From Octopus bimaculoides (taxonomy: Eukaryota): a DNA stretch of 43,874 nucleotides. The notes beneath the pieces are model-generated. The model did no database searches, was not told the DNA's origin, and saw nothing but the letters and a program-made list of their open reading frames with translations. The number at the start of each line of letters is the position of its first letter. Within the stretch, counting starts at the first letter, position 1. A program made the translations under genes and the position numbers. The stretch is from contig NC_068986.1 in NCBI RefSeq assembly GCF_001194135.2, positions 41,848,198-41,892,071 of the forward strand, read 5' to 3'. Of the stretch, positions 11,730-23,834 are shown one piece after another.

Positions 11730-13052
11730 CGGGGTGCCATAAATAAATTGTCACCTAAATTAGACAAAAATGAAAATAACACTGATGTCTCATTTTAACA
11801 GTTATATTTACCAAAATTACTTAAAAATATCTTGAAATACTAAAGAGTATATTATTCAATAAAATCACCATTGGCTTCAATAAAATCACCATTGGCTTCA
11901 ATCAAGACCACCAGACAACTTTGGAATCTCCTGCAACTCTTCTGGATGGTCTCCTTGTTTAAGTTGGTGAATACTGCCATAATCCTTGCCGTCAGTTCAT
12001 CTCTAGTGTTACAAGGAGTTTTGTTGGTCTTTTGCGCAACTGCACCCTACGCATAATAATCAAAAGAGTTGCAGTCTGGGGAGTTAGGTGGCTAGATGTT
12101 AAGGGTGATGTGGTTGCAGTAATTGTCTGACAGTCATGACTACATTCTCCTGCTTGTGTGGCATGGTGCAGAGTCCTGTTGCCAGACATAAGGTTTTCCA
12201 GCAGTCAGCTTCTTGACCCAGGGCAGCACTACCTCCTCCAAACACTTGATGTAGGCCTCTGTGTTGAGTCTGAGGCCATGTGGGAAGATGAATGTAGGCA
12301 TAATGTTGCCATCACTAGTGATCACTCCAAACACCATGATGTTGACTGGATGTTTGATTTTTATCACTCTTGGTATATGTTTTGGGGACACGGCAAGCCA
12401 ACAGTTGTTCTGTGTGTTCACCATCTGATCCTGGCAGAAATTTTTCTTGTCTGAGAAAAACCAAAGCATGTTCAGTCGGAGGAGACACTTAACTTTATTC
12501 AAAAGCTTTGCAGTACAGTCTTTCCTCTTATCCTTAATGGCTTGGGATAAAAATTGGCCCTTTCTCATCTTGTATGAGGAATACCAAATGTCTTCATGCA
12601 CTGCTTACCTGATAAGAAACTCAGACACTCCCATGTCCCTGGCGATAGACCTGACTGACTTGGAGGGATTGTTGTCAATCATGGCTTGGATCTCACAACA
12701 AATTCAGGAGTTCTTTTCTTATCAGAATGATGAAAATGAGTTCTCCAAGCTGCCATACCTTCGTAATCACCATTAGATTCATCCAACTCTTCCCAAATCC
12801 TCTGTACTGTCCTCAGATTGACTCTCAAACACTCTGAAATATTCGTATTGGAGCTTCCGGCATGAACGACATGCAGTACAACATGTTGTTTACAAGTGTT
12901 TGGCAGAGTGAATTGTGTCATGGTGCTGTTTTTCTCACAGATGGTGCCCACCTGACCCTTCCATACTGTGTAGTCAACAAAATCAAAAACAAACACTGTG
13001 CATGCACGTAATTTAAACTATAAGGTGGTGACAATTTACCCATTGCACTCTG
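11730..13052 (-). mobile_element. Tc1/mariner superfamily DD37D (maT-type) transposon, near full length, inactive
   Basis: 26-bp imperfect TIRs 11730-11755 and 13027-13052 (20/26 match), TA at 13053-13054; transposase inside. Confidence 0.9.
11852..12921 (-). pseudogene. DD37D transposase pseudogene
   Basis: ATG at 12921; WFFSD ... WQQDSAPCH ... PPNSPDCNSFD with 37 residues between the 2nd and 3rd Asp; one frameshift near 12700 and at least 5 stops; TAA at 11854-11852. Confidence 0.9.
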
Positions 13053-13080
13053 TATCCCTGTATGTGTGAGTGTGTGTGTG

Positions 13081-13134
<54 letters not shown>

Positions 13135-13138
<4 letters not shown>

Positions 13139-13354
13139 AATCCCTTGACTATCGCGGGTGTTACATTCCACCCCCCACCCCTCGCAATAGGTGAAAATCT
13201 GTGAAGTAGAAACAGTACCGTACCGTATATTTTTTAAAATTATTTTAATAATTTGTATATATTTATTTTATTATAAATGCAAAACAACACCAGACAGGAA
13301 TTGGCGTAAGCTTAAATAATAAACTGCAATAGGTGACCCATGATATGATGAGGG

Positions 13355-13361
<7 letters not shown>
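13135..13361. mobile_element. pogo/Tigger-type MITE
   Basis: Perfect 11-bp TIR CAGTAATCCCT / AGGGATTACTG; internal repeat gcaataggtga twice; microsatellite flanks. Confidence 0.75.
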
Positions 13362-13407
<46 letters not shown>

Positions 13408-13770
13408 AACATGTATACATATTGATCTCGTATTTTTGTGCAGCGGAAATTACATTGGTCAGTGTGTCTGTTTTTTAAATGCTAAGGTGTGATTTGAGAG
13501 AATTGGCTAACTATTTCTAATAGTTAAAGTGACCATGGAAACGTTTTCTCGATATTGTTTGATAGTGCTATCAGTCAGTTTCACTTGGAGCTGATCACTT
13601 AGCTTTGAACTGACTGACTGGATGTTTGGGTATTGACCTGCACATTTAGGTCACCCTTATAACTCAGTCTAGCTAGTACATTGCCATTGTTGTCTAGCAC
13701 GCAAATTTAGAAAAGCAAGCCACTGAACTAGGTAGTTCTAAATCTTACGGAATCAATTTGTGTCCCTTCA

Positions 13771-13848
13771 ATCTGTCTGTCTGTCTGTCTGTCTGTCTGC
13801 CTGTCTGCCTGTCTGCCTGTCTGTCTGTCTGTCTGTCTNNNNNNNNNN

Positions 13849-13900
<52 letters not shown>
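13771..13900. repeat. (CTGT)n and (TC)n microsatellites around a 10-nt gap
   Basis: Direct reading. Confidence 0.95.
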
Positions 13901-13907
<7 letters not shown>

Positions 13908-14367
13908 CTAAAATAATAATTTCTTTTGACTACATGCAACACAGTTACTTAATGTTTTTGATACAAACCTGAGATGGCTACCATAGGTCCAATCCTTATT
14001 GTATAGTGGTGGCTTTTGTATCTTCATGACCCCAAGAGTTATATTAATGAAGGGCAAGCTGAACAGATCAATGGATAATGAGCCTAACTAATAAAGACCA
14101 CCATTTCCTAGAGGTAAAAATGGGTTTACATAGTCAACACTCTCACCTAGAAAAATGTAAAGCTGCAGAATCATCAATGATAATTAAAAACCAAGAGGAC
14201 TTGGGACAGGAAGGCCTTTCCCAGTGCCTAAAACCTGCAAGAGAAGTGGTGAAAAGGGCACCCTATTTAGTAGATGAAAGTCAGACTGGTACAATATTAT
14301 TTCAAAGTTCTTTGTGTAGAGATTGCAGAGAATCAGTGTATATTTGCTTTAAATAATTTAGTATTTA

Positions 14368-14988
14368 CCCTTTAACATTTAAACTGGCCACATCCAGCCA
14401 AAATAGTCTTCTTGCTTTATGTCCAAGCTGGCCAGATCCAGGCTCTCACACCTACCCTTCAATGTTTGTCTAAAAAATTTAGTCGCATAAGCACAGGTAT
14501 GGCTATTTGATGAGGAGCATGCTTTCCAACTGCATGGGTCTAGATTCAGTCCCACTGCATGGCACCTTGAGCAAGTGTCTTCCTCTATAGCCCCAGGCTG
14601 ACCAAAGCCTTGTGAGTGAATTTGGTCAACAGAAACTGAAAGAAACCTGTTGTGTATGTGTATACAGATATATATATATGTGTGTGTGTGTGTGTGTTTG
14701 TCCTCCCATCATCGCTTGATAACCGATGTTGGTGTATGTGTCCTTGTAACTTAGCATTTTGGCAAAAGAGATGGATAGAATAAGTACCAGGCTTGCAAAG
14801 AAATAAATCCTGGTGTCGATTTGTTCAACTAAGGGTGGTGCTCCAGCATGGCTGCAGTCAAATGACTGAAAGAAGTAAGAGAATAAGTCTGATAATCAAA
14901 ATCTCAAGGCTACAAGATTATGCAGGATAAATTCAAAACTGTGAATAGATAGTGTTACATCTGATAGAACAATCTGATTACTAAAGAG
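14368..14988 (+). mobile_element. piggyBac-type MITE (family 5) split by a SINE
   Basis: 5' part 14368-14490 (ccctttaacatt...ctctcacacctaccc); 3' part about 14890-14988 (...aatctgattactaaagag). Confidence 0.65.
14491..14885 (+). mobile_element. SINE family 1, full length
   Basis: Head, microsatellite middle and 3' end (aatgactgaaagaagtaagagaa) all present. Confidence 0.85.
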
Positions 14989-16040
14989 TGAATGAACTGC
15001 TAGATCAGAAGAGATGAAATCTGTAACAGCGGATAACTTGACAACCATCTTCTGTTCTATAAAAGTAAGTTTACAACGTAAGGTATCTTGCTCTCATGTC
15101 TGGCCAATCCATATTTTACCATTGGTTTCAGTCTGTGATGAAGTCAGATTTAACCATTTGCCTGTCCAAAGCATTTTTATAAGTTTGTTCTAAGTGTCCA
15201 GGTTTGTTATTAGACTTTTAGTTATTTCTTGTTTTGTATGTTCTGAGTAAAATAAAGGTTTCCTTTTATAAATACCAAGTTACTCCTGNNNNNNNNNNNN
15301 NNNNNNNNNNNNNNNNNNNNNNNNNNNNNNNNNNNNNNNNNNNNNNNNNNNNNNNNNNNNNNNNNNNNNNNNNNNNNNNNNNNNNNNNNNNNNNNNNNNN
15401 NNNNNNNNNNNNNNNNNNNNNNNNNNNNNNNNNNNNNNNNNNNNNNNNNNNNNNNNNNNNNNNNNNNNNNNNNNNNNNNNNNNNNACTTTTTTTTTTTTA
15501 CATTTTCTCCTTTTTTCTGTTTTGCAAGTAGTTTATAATTTTCCTAAACTGACCGACAAACTCCATTTTGAACCCTATTTTTTAATAAGTCATGCATGAC
15601 TAACTCCTTTATTTTACATCACATGTTTTCTTCTCTTAGTTTTCATGTCACATAAGATTTGAGAGAGTTGACTGTGAACATGATGATATGACAACTTCAT
15701 TTGTCTTTCAAGTTTTTTTTCCCCTTCAATTAAGATGTAATGTCAGACCTGAAACAGGGAGAATTTTGTAAGATGATTTTTTTTTTTAAATATACATTAC
15801 TCAATATCCAATTCATGAGCTGATTTTATTTTTTTTTATTATGCTAGTTGTTAGGATTGGTATTTCTCTTTTAAAAGAGGCAAATTATTTACCAATAACA
15901 TTTTTACTGAATTTGTATTGCTAGATTTATAACAATAACTCTTTGTTATTTGAAACTGCTACTGTTGGTTCTTTTGTCAGCAAAGCTATTGCTTGTAACA
16001 TTTTTTAAAATTATTTTCATTGTTATTATTATTATTTCAG

Positions 16041-16363
16041 ATGGCGCACATCAGTCGTACTAAGATAATCCCACCTACCCTCACACCTGCTACAAAATCA
16101 TTGTGCAATGCTCAACAGTCATGCTCTCTCAGCCCTGATGAAACAAAATCCTCAGTTCATACCACTAAACTGCTAACAACTGAAGGAGGAGTACAAACAG
16201 CCAAACGCCCCAAATCTCTGCCTATTGTTGAAAATCTCTTCAACAATACAACAAAGTGTAAAATTGATAAACTATCTTCCAGTGTATCTTCACTGCATTT
16301 ACAACCCCAGACTGTAATGTCAGGTTATCTTGAAAGGAGAACATCTTTGGAAGAATGGTCCAA
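16041..16363 (+). CDS. Exon A: Ser/Thr-rich segment plus first strands of PH domain
   Basis: Acceptor ttatttcag|ATG, donor TCCAA|gtatgt (phase 2); open frame MAHISRTK...VMSGYLERRTSLEEWS. Confidence 0.85.
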
Positions 16364-16854
16364 GTATGTATTTATTTATTTACTTTATGAATTACAAATG
16401 GAATGTCATTCTTTTATTCTTTTACTGGTTTCAATCATTCAACTGCTGTTACTCCAAGCCTTTGCCTTTAAGTGTTTTCGTTAATCATATCACTCCTAGA
16501 AGTAATTTCAACCTACTGATTATTTTATCAACCTGTATTTATTAAATGGCTAAGTTTCTCTTTTTGGCTTAAAGGAATGCAACACAATGAACCACTTTAC
16601 ACAATATTCCTACTCCACATGTATTTAATTGGGTTTCACTCAGTTTCCTTTAAACAATTTCACTCACAAGGGGTTGGTTGGCCCATGACTACTATAGATA
16701 TTAACGCAAAGTGCTGCATCCAAGGTGAAGCAATTACCAAACACTAGTTATTTTTTGTTGTTCTTTACATCATCTTTCCTGACTGTAATATTCTGCAACA
16801 GTTGCCACTAACAATTCCTTCTAGCCATCATCAGGTGGACATAATTCTTTAATC

Positions 16855-17050
16855 TTTTACTTGTTTGTCATTAGACTGCAGTCATGGTGGGGCACTGCTT
16901 TGAAGAACTTTGGTTGAACAAATTGACCTCATTACTTACTTTTTTAAGCTTGGTACTTATTCCATTGGTCTCTTTTGCTGAACCGTTATGTTATGGTACA
17001 TAAACACACCAGCACCAGCTATCAAGTGGTGGTGGGGGCACACACACATA
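16855..17050 (-). mobile_element. SINE family 1, 3' half
   Basis: ttagactgcagtcatggtggggcactgc...ggtctcttttgctgaaccg. Confidence 0.7.
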
Positions 17051-17060
17051 CATACGTGTA

Positions 17061-17094
<34 letters not shown>

Positions 17095-17398
17095 ATTGAT
17101 GGGTGAGCATTTGGCCAATCAGATTTGCAAGGTGCCATGTAAGCATCGATTTGTGAGTTCAGTTCAGCCTGAGGTTAGCTCATCATTTTCCAGTCATTTG
17201 TGTATATTTATAGAATTATTGCTTCAAATCTGAGAATAAATATCATGATATATATTATACAGTTATTACACTATGAGTCTTCCATAGTTGCTTTCTCTCT
17301 GTAACTTGCAAAGCCTTTTGGATTTGTTTATGAAAATATTTACACGCACACGCACACACACACACACACACACGCATGCACACGCACGCGCTCACGCG

Positions 17399-17550
17399 CA
17401 ACAAGCTTCTTTCAGTTTCTGTCTGCCAAGCCCATTCACAAGGCTTTAGTTCAACCTGAGGCTTTAGTAGAAGACATATGCCCATAGTAGAACTGAACTC
17501 ATAATCACTGGTTGGGAAGCAAACTTCTTACCACACAGTCTGTACCTATA
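17399..17550 (-). mobile_element. SINE family 1, 5' half
   Basis: cttctttcagtttctgtctgcc...cttcttaccacacagtc. Confidence 0.75.
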
Positions 17551-18404
17551 GGTGAAAACATTCATGAAATGTCATACATTCCAAATGATAGTACAATTTA
17601 AGGTTGACACCAGTGTTTATAGAAAAGGAAAATACAAACTGGGACAAGAAAAAGTTTAGTCTTTCTGTTATCATATTTCTGTTGAAATATACTTTTATTT
17701 CAGTTAAATTTAAAATTAATGAGAAGTTTATCAAAATAACTTTGTCTTTATTATGCTGGTGTTTGAAACACAAATTAGCATGAAATTGTGATGGAAGGTT
17801 TTAATTTGGATCCCAAGTAGGTTGGTTTCAAAAGGGCTAATGTATCTATATTTTAATAAAATCTTTTGGAAATTCTACTGTTTATAAATGTTCTCAGCTA
17901 TTTTGATGCATAAATTTATAAATTTTCATAACATTGTTTCATGTTAAAATTTTGATTGTGAGTTTGATCCCATTCCATAATTAAGGTTGTTAAAAGCTTA
18001 ATACTCTTAGTTATTCTCATTNNNNNNNNNNNNNNNNNNNNNNNNNNNNNNNNNNNNNNNNNNNNNNNNNNNNNNNNNNNNNNNNNNNNNNNNNNNNNNN
18101 NNNNNNNNNNNNNNNNNNNNNNNNNNNNNNNNNNNNNNNNNNNNNNNNNNNNNNNNNNNNNNNNNNNNNNNNNNNNNNNNNNNNNNNNNNNNNNNNNNNN
18201 NNNNNNNNNNNNNNNNNNNNNNNNNNNNNNNNNNNNNNNNNNNNNNNNNNNNNNNNNNNNNNNNNNNNNNNNNNNNNNNNNNNNNNNNNNNNNNNNNNNN
18301 NNNNNNNNNNNNNNNNNNNNNNNNNNNNNNNNNNNNNNNNNNNNNNNNNNNNNNNNNNNNNNNNNNNNNNNNNNNNAAATATATAAGCAAAGGTATTTCA
18401 GCTA

Positions 18405-18715
18405 TGACCGGCCTTTAAGTTTAATACTTATTCTACTGAAGCACTAAGTAACATGGACATGAACAGACCAACATTAGTTGTCAAGTGCTGGTGATCAGAA
18501 CACCAACATAAAGATCTACACATTCTAAAGCATACACACACACATATAGGCCACAGGCTTCTATGCAGTTTCCTTCTAATTCACTCAGAAGGTATTAGTC
18601 AGTCTGGGGCTATAGTAGAAGACACTTTCCCAAGGTGCCACACAGTGGGACTGAACCAAAAACCAAGTGGTTTGCAAGCAAGCTTCTTAACCAGACAAAC
18701 AACCATGCCTACACC
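18405..18715 (-). mobile_element. SINE family 1, degraded
   Basis: gtagaagacactttcccaaggtgccacacagtgggactgaacc. Confidence 0.7.
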
Positions 18716-20030
18716 TTGGAAATTGATTAAAAATATCTTGATATTATTGATATTATTGATTGAGTAATTATCAAATTCATTACCATGCTTAATATACCCA
18801 CTTAATATAACCCAATTTCCAGTTATATTTCAATCGTCAAATGAAATATACTTACCCTCCTTTCGAGGAGAGCAAAAACCTCAAAAATCCTTAGTCTCAT
18901 GAACAGTTGATGGTCTGTGTTGATAAAAATCACATTTGCCAATCACTTCACACAGTGCACAAACTTAATTAGTTTTGTTTATTTTCATTGTATAAAGAAA
19001 GGGGACCTATTTTTATAAACACCCATCTATATTTTAAAAAAAGGTTTATACATATTTGTGCTTTTTTTTTGTTTTTTTTTCTTCCTTCATTGTTTGTGTT
19101 ACTTTTACAGTTGTGTATAAAATTTTTTTTGATGGGTTACTGGAAATTGTTGATAATCTCCAGTTTTGTGAGTGTTTTAAAGCTCTAATAGTATTCCTCA
19201 CTGTATCGCCTTATTGTTTGCTCTTTTTTCTTTTCTTGCTTTTGTTTTGACAATCATGGGTCATGTCAAAAAATGGTACCATGTACTTAGGTTTTAAACA
19301 ATTGTATCTTAATCTAAAATTCATTCCTCTTTCTTTCTCTCACTCATACAATCAATGCACTTATGCACATGAAAATGCATGTGTGCAACTGTATTTACAT
19401 ATATCCACAAAATATGCAACTTAGTGACACTCACATGCATACAAAATATTCAACTGAATCCCATATTCACAATATGTACTCTCTCTCTTTTCCCTTCACT
19501 CTCTCTCCCTTTATCTTTCTCCTTCTCTATCTCTCCCTCTACTCACTCACACTCTGTCTCACTTGTTTATTCATTTTCCAAGTTTCTCTTGAGACTGTAA
19601 ATAAAACAACAAAACACAAAAACATTTTCCAGTTCACCACCTTTATTTCATGAAGGGAAAATGCAGTTTTTTTTTTTTGCTCTTTCCCTTCAAAACGATT
19701 GAAAGCAAAAACTAACGCTGACACTAATAGCAGCTATAATAATAATAATAATAATAATAATGGTTAATATAAACAATTATACCACTGTCATTTATAGAAT
19801 GGTGAAGCACACACACTCTCTCCCTTCTCCACCTCTTCCCTTCTCCACCTCTTCCCTTCTCTCTCACTCTCTCATTCCCTCTCTCTCTCTCTCACACACA
19901 CGCACACACAAGTTTCATTGTTTCATTTCTACAGGAATTTAGAAAGTTTTATTAGAGACACATAAAAGACAATGTTTCGCAAAAGAGCTAAATATAACAG
20001 TTCCATTTTTGGAATCTTTGTATATTTGTG

Positions 20031-20073
<43 letters not shown>

Positions 20074-20349
20074 ATTTGATTAAACAGACAAGTTTTATAA
20101 TGGCTTTTTTTTTTTTTAAATTAGTTAAATGTTTTTGCTGTTGATATTTCACTATCACCCTTTGCTTGATAAATTCCACTTGTTGAAAAGATTGTGTCAA
20201 ATATTTTGATATTTGACAAATGTTAAATAAGCAAGTATTTGCAATTAGGTGAAAACGATAAATTTATTGAAATTGTTTTTATGGTTTAGAAAAATTATGA
20301 TTTTGGAAAAATTATGATTTTGAAAAAATTATAGATCATTTAACAGAAA

Positions 20350-21460
20350 GGTGCTGGTGTGGCTGTTGTGGTAAGAAGTTTGCTTCCCAGCCACATGATT
20401 CCAGGTTCTGTTCCATTGCATGGAACCTTGGGCCATGCAATGGAACAGAACCTGCTATAGCTTTGGGCTGACCAAAGCCTTGTAAGTGGATTTGGTAGTT
20501 GGAAACTGAAAGAAACCCATGTCTCGAACCATTGCTTGACAACTGGTGTTGGTGTGTTTACATCTCCATCACTTAGCAGTTTGGCTAAAGAAACTAATGT
20601 AGGAGTGGCTGTGTGGTAAGTAGCTTGCTTACCAACAACATGATTCCAGGTTCAGTCCCACTGTGTGGCACCTTGGGCAAGTGTCTTCTACTATAGCCTT
20701 GGGCCGACCAAAGCCTTGTGAGTGGATTTGATAGACGGAAACTGAAAGAAGCCCATCATATATATGTATATATGTTTGTATGTGTGTGTATATGTTTGCG
20801 TGTCTGTGTTTGTCCCCCCCAACATCGCTTGACAACCGATGCTGGTGTGTTTACATCCCCATAACTTAGCAGTTCGGCAAAAGAGACCGATAGAATAAGT
20901 ACGAGGCTTCCAAAGAATAAGTCCTGGTGTCGATTTGCTCGACTAAAGGTGGTGCTCCAGCATGGCCACAGTCAAATGACTGAAACAAGTAAAAGAGTAA
21001 AAGAGAATAAGTACCAGACTTAAAAGAAAATAAGTACTGGGGCTGATTAGTTCGACTAAAATTCTTCAAGGTGGTGCCCTAGCATGTCCTCAGGCTAATG
21101 AATGAAACAAGAAAGAAAAAAAGTAGGTGCATGCATGACTGCATAGTTGAGAAGTTTGTTTTGCAAAAGTGTTGCTTTGGGTTCAGTCCCATTGTGTAGT
21201 AATTTGGGCAAGTGTCTTCTATGCCCTCCGGGTAACCAAACCCTTGAATGAATGTGGTTGATGGAAATTGCATAGAAATCTCTCATATAGACACAGGTGT
21301 GGTTGTATGGTTAAGAAGCTTTCTTCCCAACAGTATAGTCTTGGGTTCAGCCCTACTGCATGATATCTTTTGCAAGTGTCTTCTACTATAGTCATGGGCT
21401 GACCAAAGCCCTTGTGAGTGGATTTGGTTGACAGAACCTGAAAGAAGCTGTTATATGTAT
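20350..21460 (+). mobile_element. Cluster of same-strand SINE family 1 copies
   Basis: Heads at about 20350, 20599, 21125, 21295; full copy 20599-21000; repeated 3' end 21005-21125. Confidence 0.8.
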
Positions 21461-21467
21461 ATGTACT

Positions 21468-21625
21468 ATCATCATCATCGTCATTTAATGTCTGTCGTTC
21501 ACGCTGGCATGGGTTAGATGGTTTGACAGGAGCTGGCAAGTTGGAGAGCTGCACCAGGCTCCATTGTCTGTTTTGGCATGGTTTCTGTGGCTGGATGCCT
21601 TTCCTAACACCAACATTTTTACAGA
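21468..21625 (-). mobile_element. Retroposon family 3
   Basis: catcatcatcgtcatttaatgtc...gctggatgcctttcctaacacc. Confidence 0.7.
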
Positions 21626-21754
21626 GTGAACTGATCCCATTGGAAGACCCTTCACCTGGGAGAGGAAGTGGAATTGCAGGAAATGGCTTTGTGCTAGGTG
21701 AGAGGTTAGTGTATAATAGAGAGACAGGTGGATGTATGTTTGTGTATATGTTTG

Positions 21755-21980
21755 TGTGTCCTTATCTAGACAGTACATGATGGTTGTAAATGAACATCAT
21801 TGTCACACAGTCGAGGTTGTTTTTTTTTTATCTAGTCTTTCATGAAAAACGTCTAGCTATGGGAGAATTTTACCTTGGTTAGAAACAAATGAGTGTTGAT
21901 GACAGGAAAGGAATCCAACCATAAAAAAATCTGCTTCTGGCCTGAGCTAAACAAGCAAGGAAAAGTGGATGTTAAATGAT
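21755..21980 (+). mobile_element. Retroposon family 6 fragment
   Basis: ggttgtaaatgaacatc...gacaggaaaggaatccaacc...gtggatgttaaatgat. Confidence 0.55.
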
Positions 21981-22200
21981 ATATAAATAGGTATGAACCA
22001 TAGTGTTTATCGTGTTTGGGTCATGATCATAAGATTGGGGGTTTGACTGTACTAAAGGAGATCAAAGGGCTGTCTATATGTGCTCAAATGTACCTATGTA
22101 TATTAAACAATTTGCTAAGGCATAGCACATGTTATCTAGTCATACTTGCTTGTGTGTGATGGCTATGATTTATATATAAATATATATATATACATACACC

Positions 22201-22414
22201 TAAGTGGGTGCTGAAAAGTTCCTGGCTTTGGATAAAAGAAAATACAGGAGAATCAGTTAATTATGATTCTATTTAACATATTCATCTCAGTCACACTTAT
22301 TACAGTGGTCCATCAGTTTTTCTAAACCCTGTAAAAGAACTTGGAAGGCTGGGCCTCCAATCAGGCCTTTTGTAACACACTTAAAACCAGGAGCTTTATG
22401 ACCCCCCCCTTGTA
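22201..22414. mobile_element. mariner-type MITE
   Basis: Imperfect TIR gggtgctgaaaagttcctggcttt / aaaaccaggagctttatgacccccc...ttgta, resembling TACGAGGG-type mariner ends. Confidence 0.6.
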
Positions 22415-23029
22415 TGTTTGTGTGTTTGTATGTAGGTGTATAAATTGTGTGGATGTTTGCTTACTGATGTAGATATGTGTGTTGAGTTTTGTTTCTTCAC
22501 TCCTCCAAAAGTAAAAACTCAGCCATTGGTGAAGTAAGTACAGATTGAAACAATACTGGAGTGGTTGACGTTGATATGATCAATCTAAAACTCTTGGTGA
22601 CAGTGTTCTAGTATGGCCTCAGTGAAATGGCTGAACCCAGTAAAACGAACAAAAAGTGTCATCAATGCTGTCTGCACCATCACTATCATTGCCGTCATCA
22701 CCATCATTACAAACACTTATTGAGGTCCACTTTTTTCTATGGCATTATCATGTGTTTGTGACATTGCTGTGACTGCGTATGTATTTCTGCTTGCTAACCC
22801 TAATCTGTTTTGTCTAAACTGTCAATCACAGCTGACATTCTCAAATTCCAATCTCTCTGCTTTCCACCACACCTGCCCCTTTAAGATTTCTCTTCTTTCT
22901 GTTCATCTTACGCTACACACATTTATTTTTACCAAGCAGGTATTGTTATGCAATGTGCATTGAATGTTCATACAAGAGCACTCAACTTTCTCTCTCCTTT
23001 ACACACACACACACACATACGTGCACACT

Positions 23030-23400
23030 TATTTTTGTTTCAGTGATTAGAGTGTGGCCATGCTGGGGTACTGCCTTGAATGAATTTTTAGTTAAATGAA
23101 TTGTTTTTTTTATTTTTAAGCCTAGTACTAATTTTATCATTCTCTTTTGTTGAATCATTAAATTATGGGGATGTAAACATGCCAACACTGGTTGTCAAGC
23201 AGTGGCAGGAGACAAACAGATACACACACATACCCACACACATGACAGGCTTCTTTCAGTTTTTGTCTACCAAATCCACTCACACTCTGGTTAGCTAGAG
23301 TCTATAGTAGAAGTCACTTGCCCAAGGTGCTGTGCAGTGGGACTGAACCTGAAACCATGTGGTTGGGAAGCATGCTTTTTATCACACAGCCATTCCTGCC
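23030..23400 (-). mobile_element. SINE family 1, full length
   Basis: Colinear reverse complement of the family pattern. Confidence 0.8.
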
Positions 23401-23834
23401 CCTATATATGTATATATTCCACTCAGTGCTTTTGGTATCCAAATATTCCTTCAATCCATTTGTGCTCAGTAATTCTCATATCCCACTGGCACATTTAGCA
23501 AACCATATGTTCACCTGCTTCCCCTCCATCTTCTCTGCTCAGTGTAAGATACTTAGTCTTCATCAGTTGTTCATATTTCACTCTCATGCACAAAATGAAA
23601 AAGCAAGTCAGTTAAAAATAAGTATATATAGTAAGTATAAGGACCAGTGTGGCAGTATGATGGAATAATTAGCTTTGCTGTCTTCCATGACATCAAGTAG
23701 ACCAGTAACTTGTAAATGGATTTTGGTACATGAAAGTAGTGCATAAGCCTGTTGTTTGTGTGTGTGTCTGTGGGTAGGCATGTATGTATCTATGCTTGTC
23801 TGTGTGTGTGTGTGTGTGTGTGTGTATATAAGGA

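Noticed and set aside
12030-12145. Several Trp codons mutated to stops in the transposase, suggesting targeted G-to-A editing
   Set aside because: TGG is one transition from TAG or TGA, so this is expected in neutral decay; sample too small.
14078-14356. 92-aa ORF upstream of exon A
   Set aside because: No recognisable domain or convincing splice sites; looks repeat-derived.
16785-16845. Minus-strand CTGATGA with a weak stem II and GCAAC
   Set aside because: GAAA is mutated and no stem I pairing or cleavage triplet is found; at most a dead relic.
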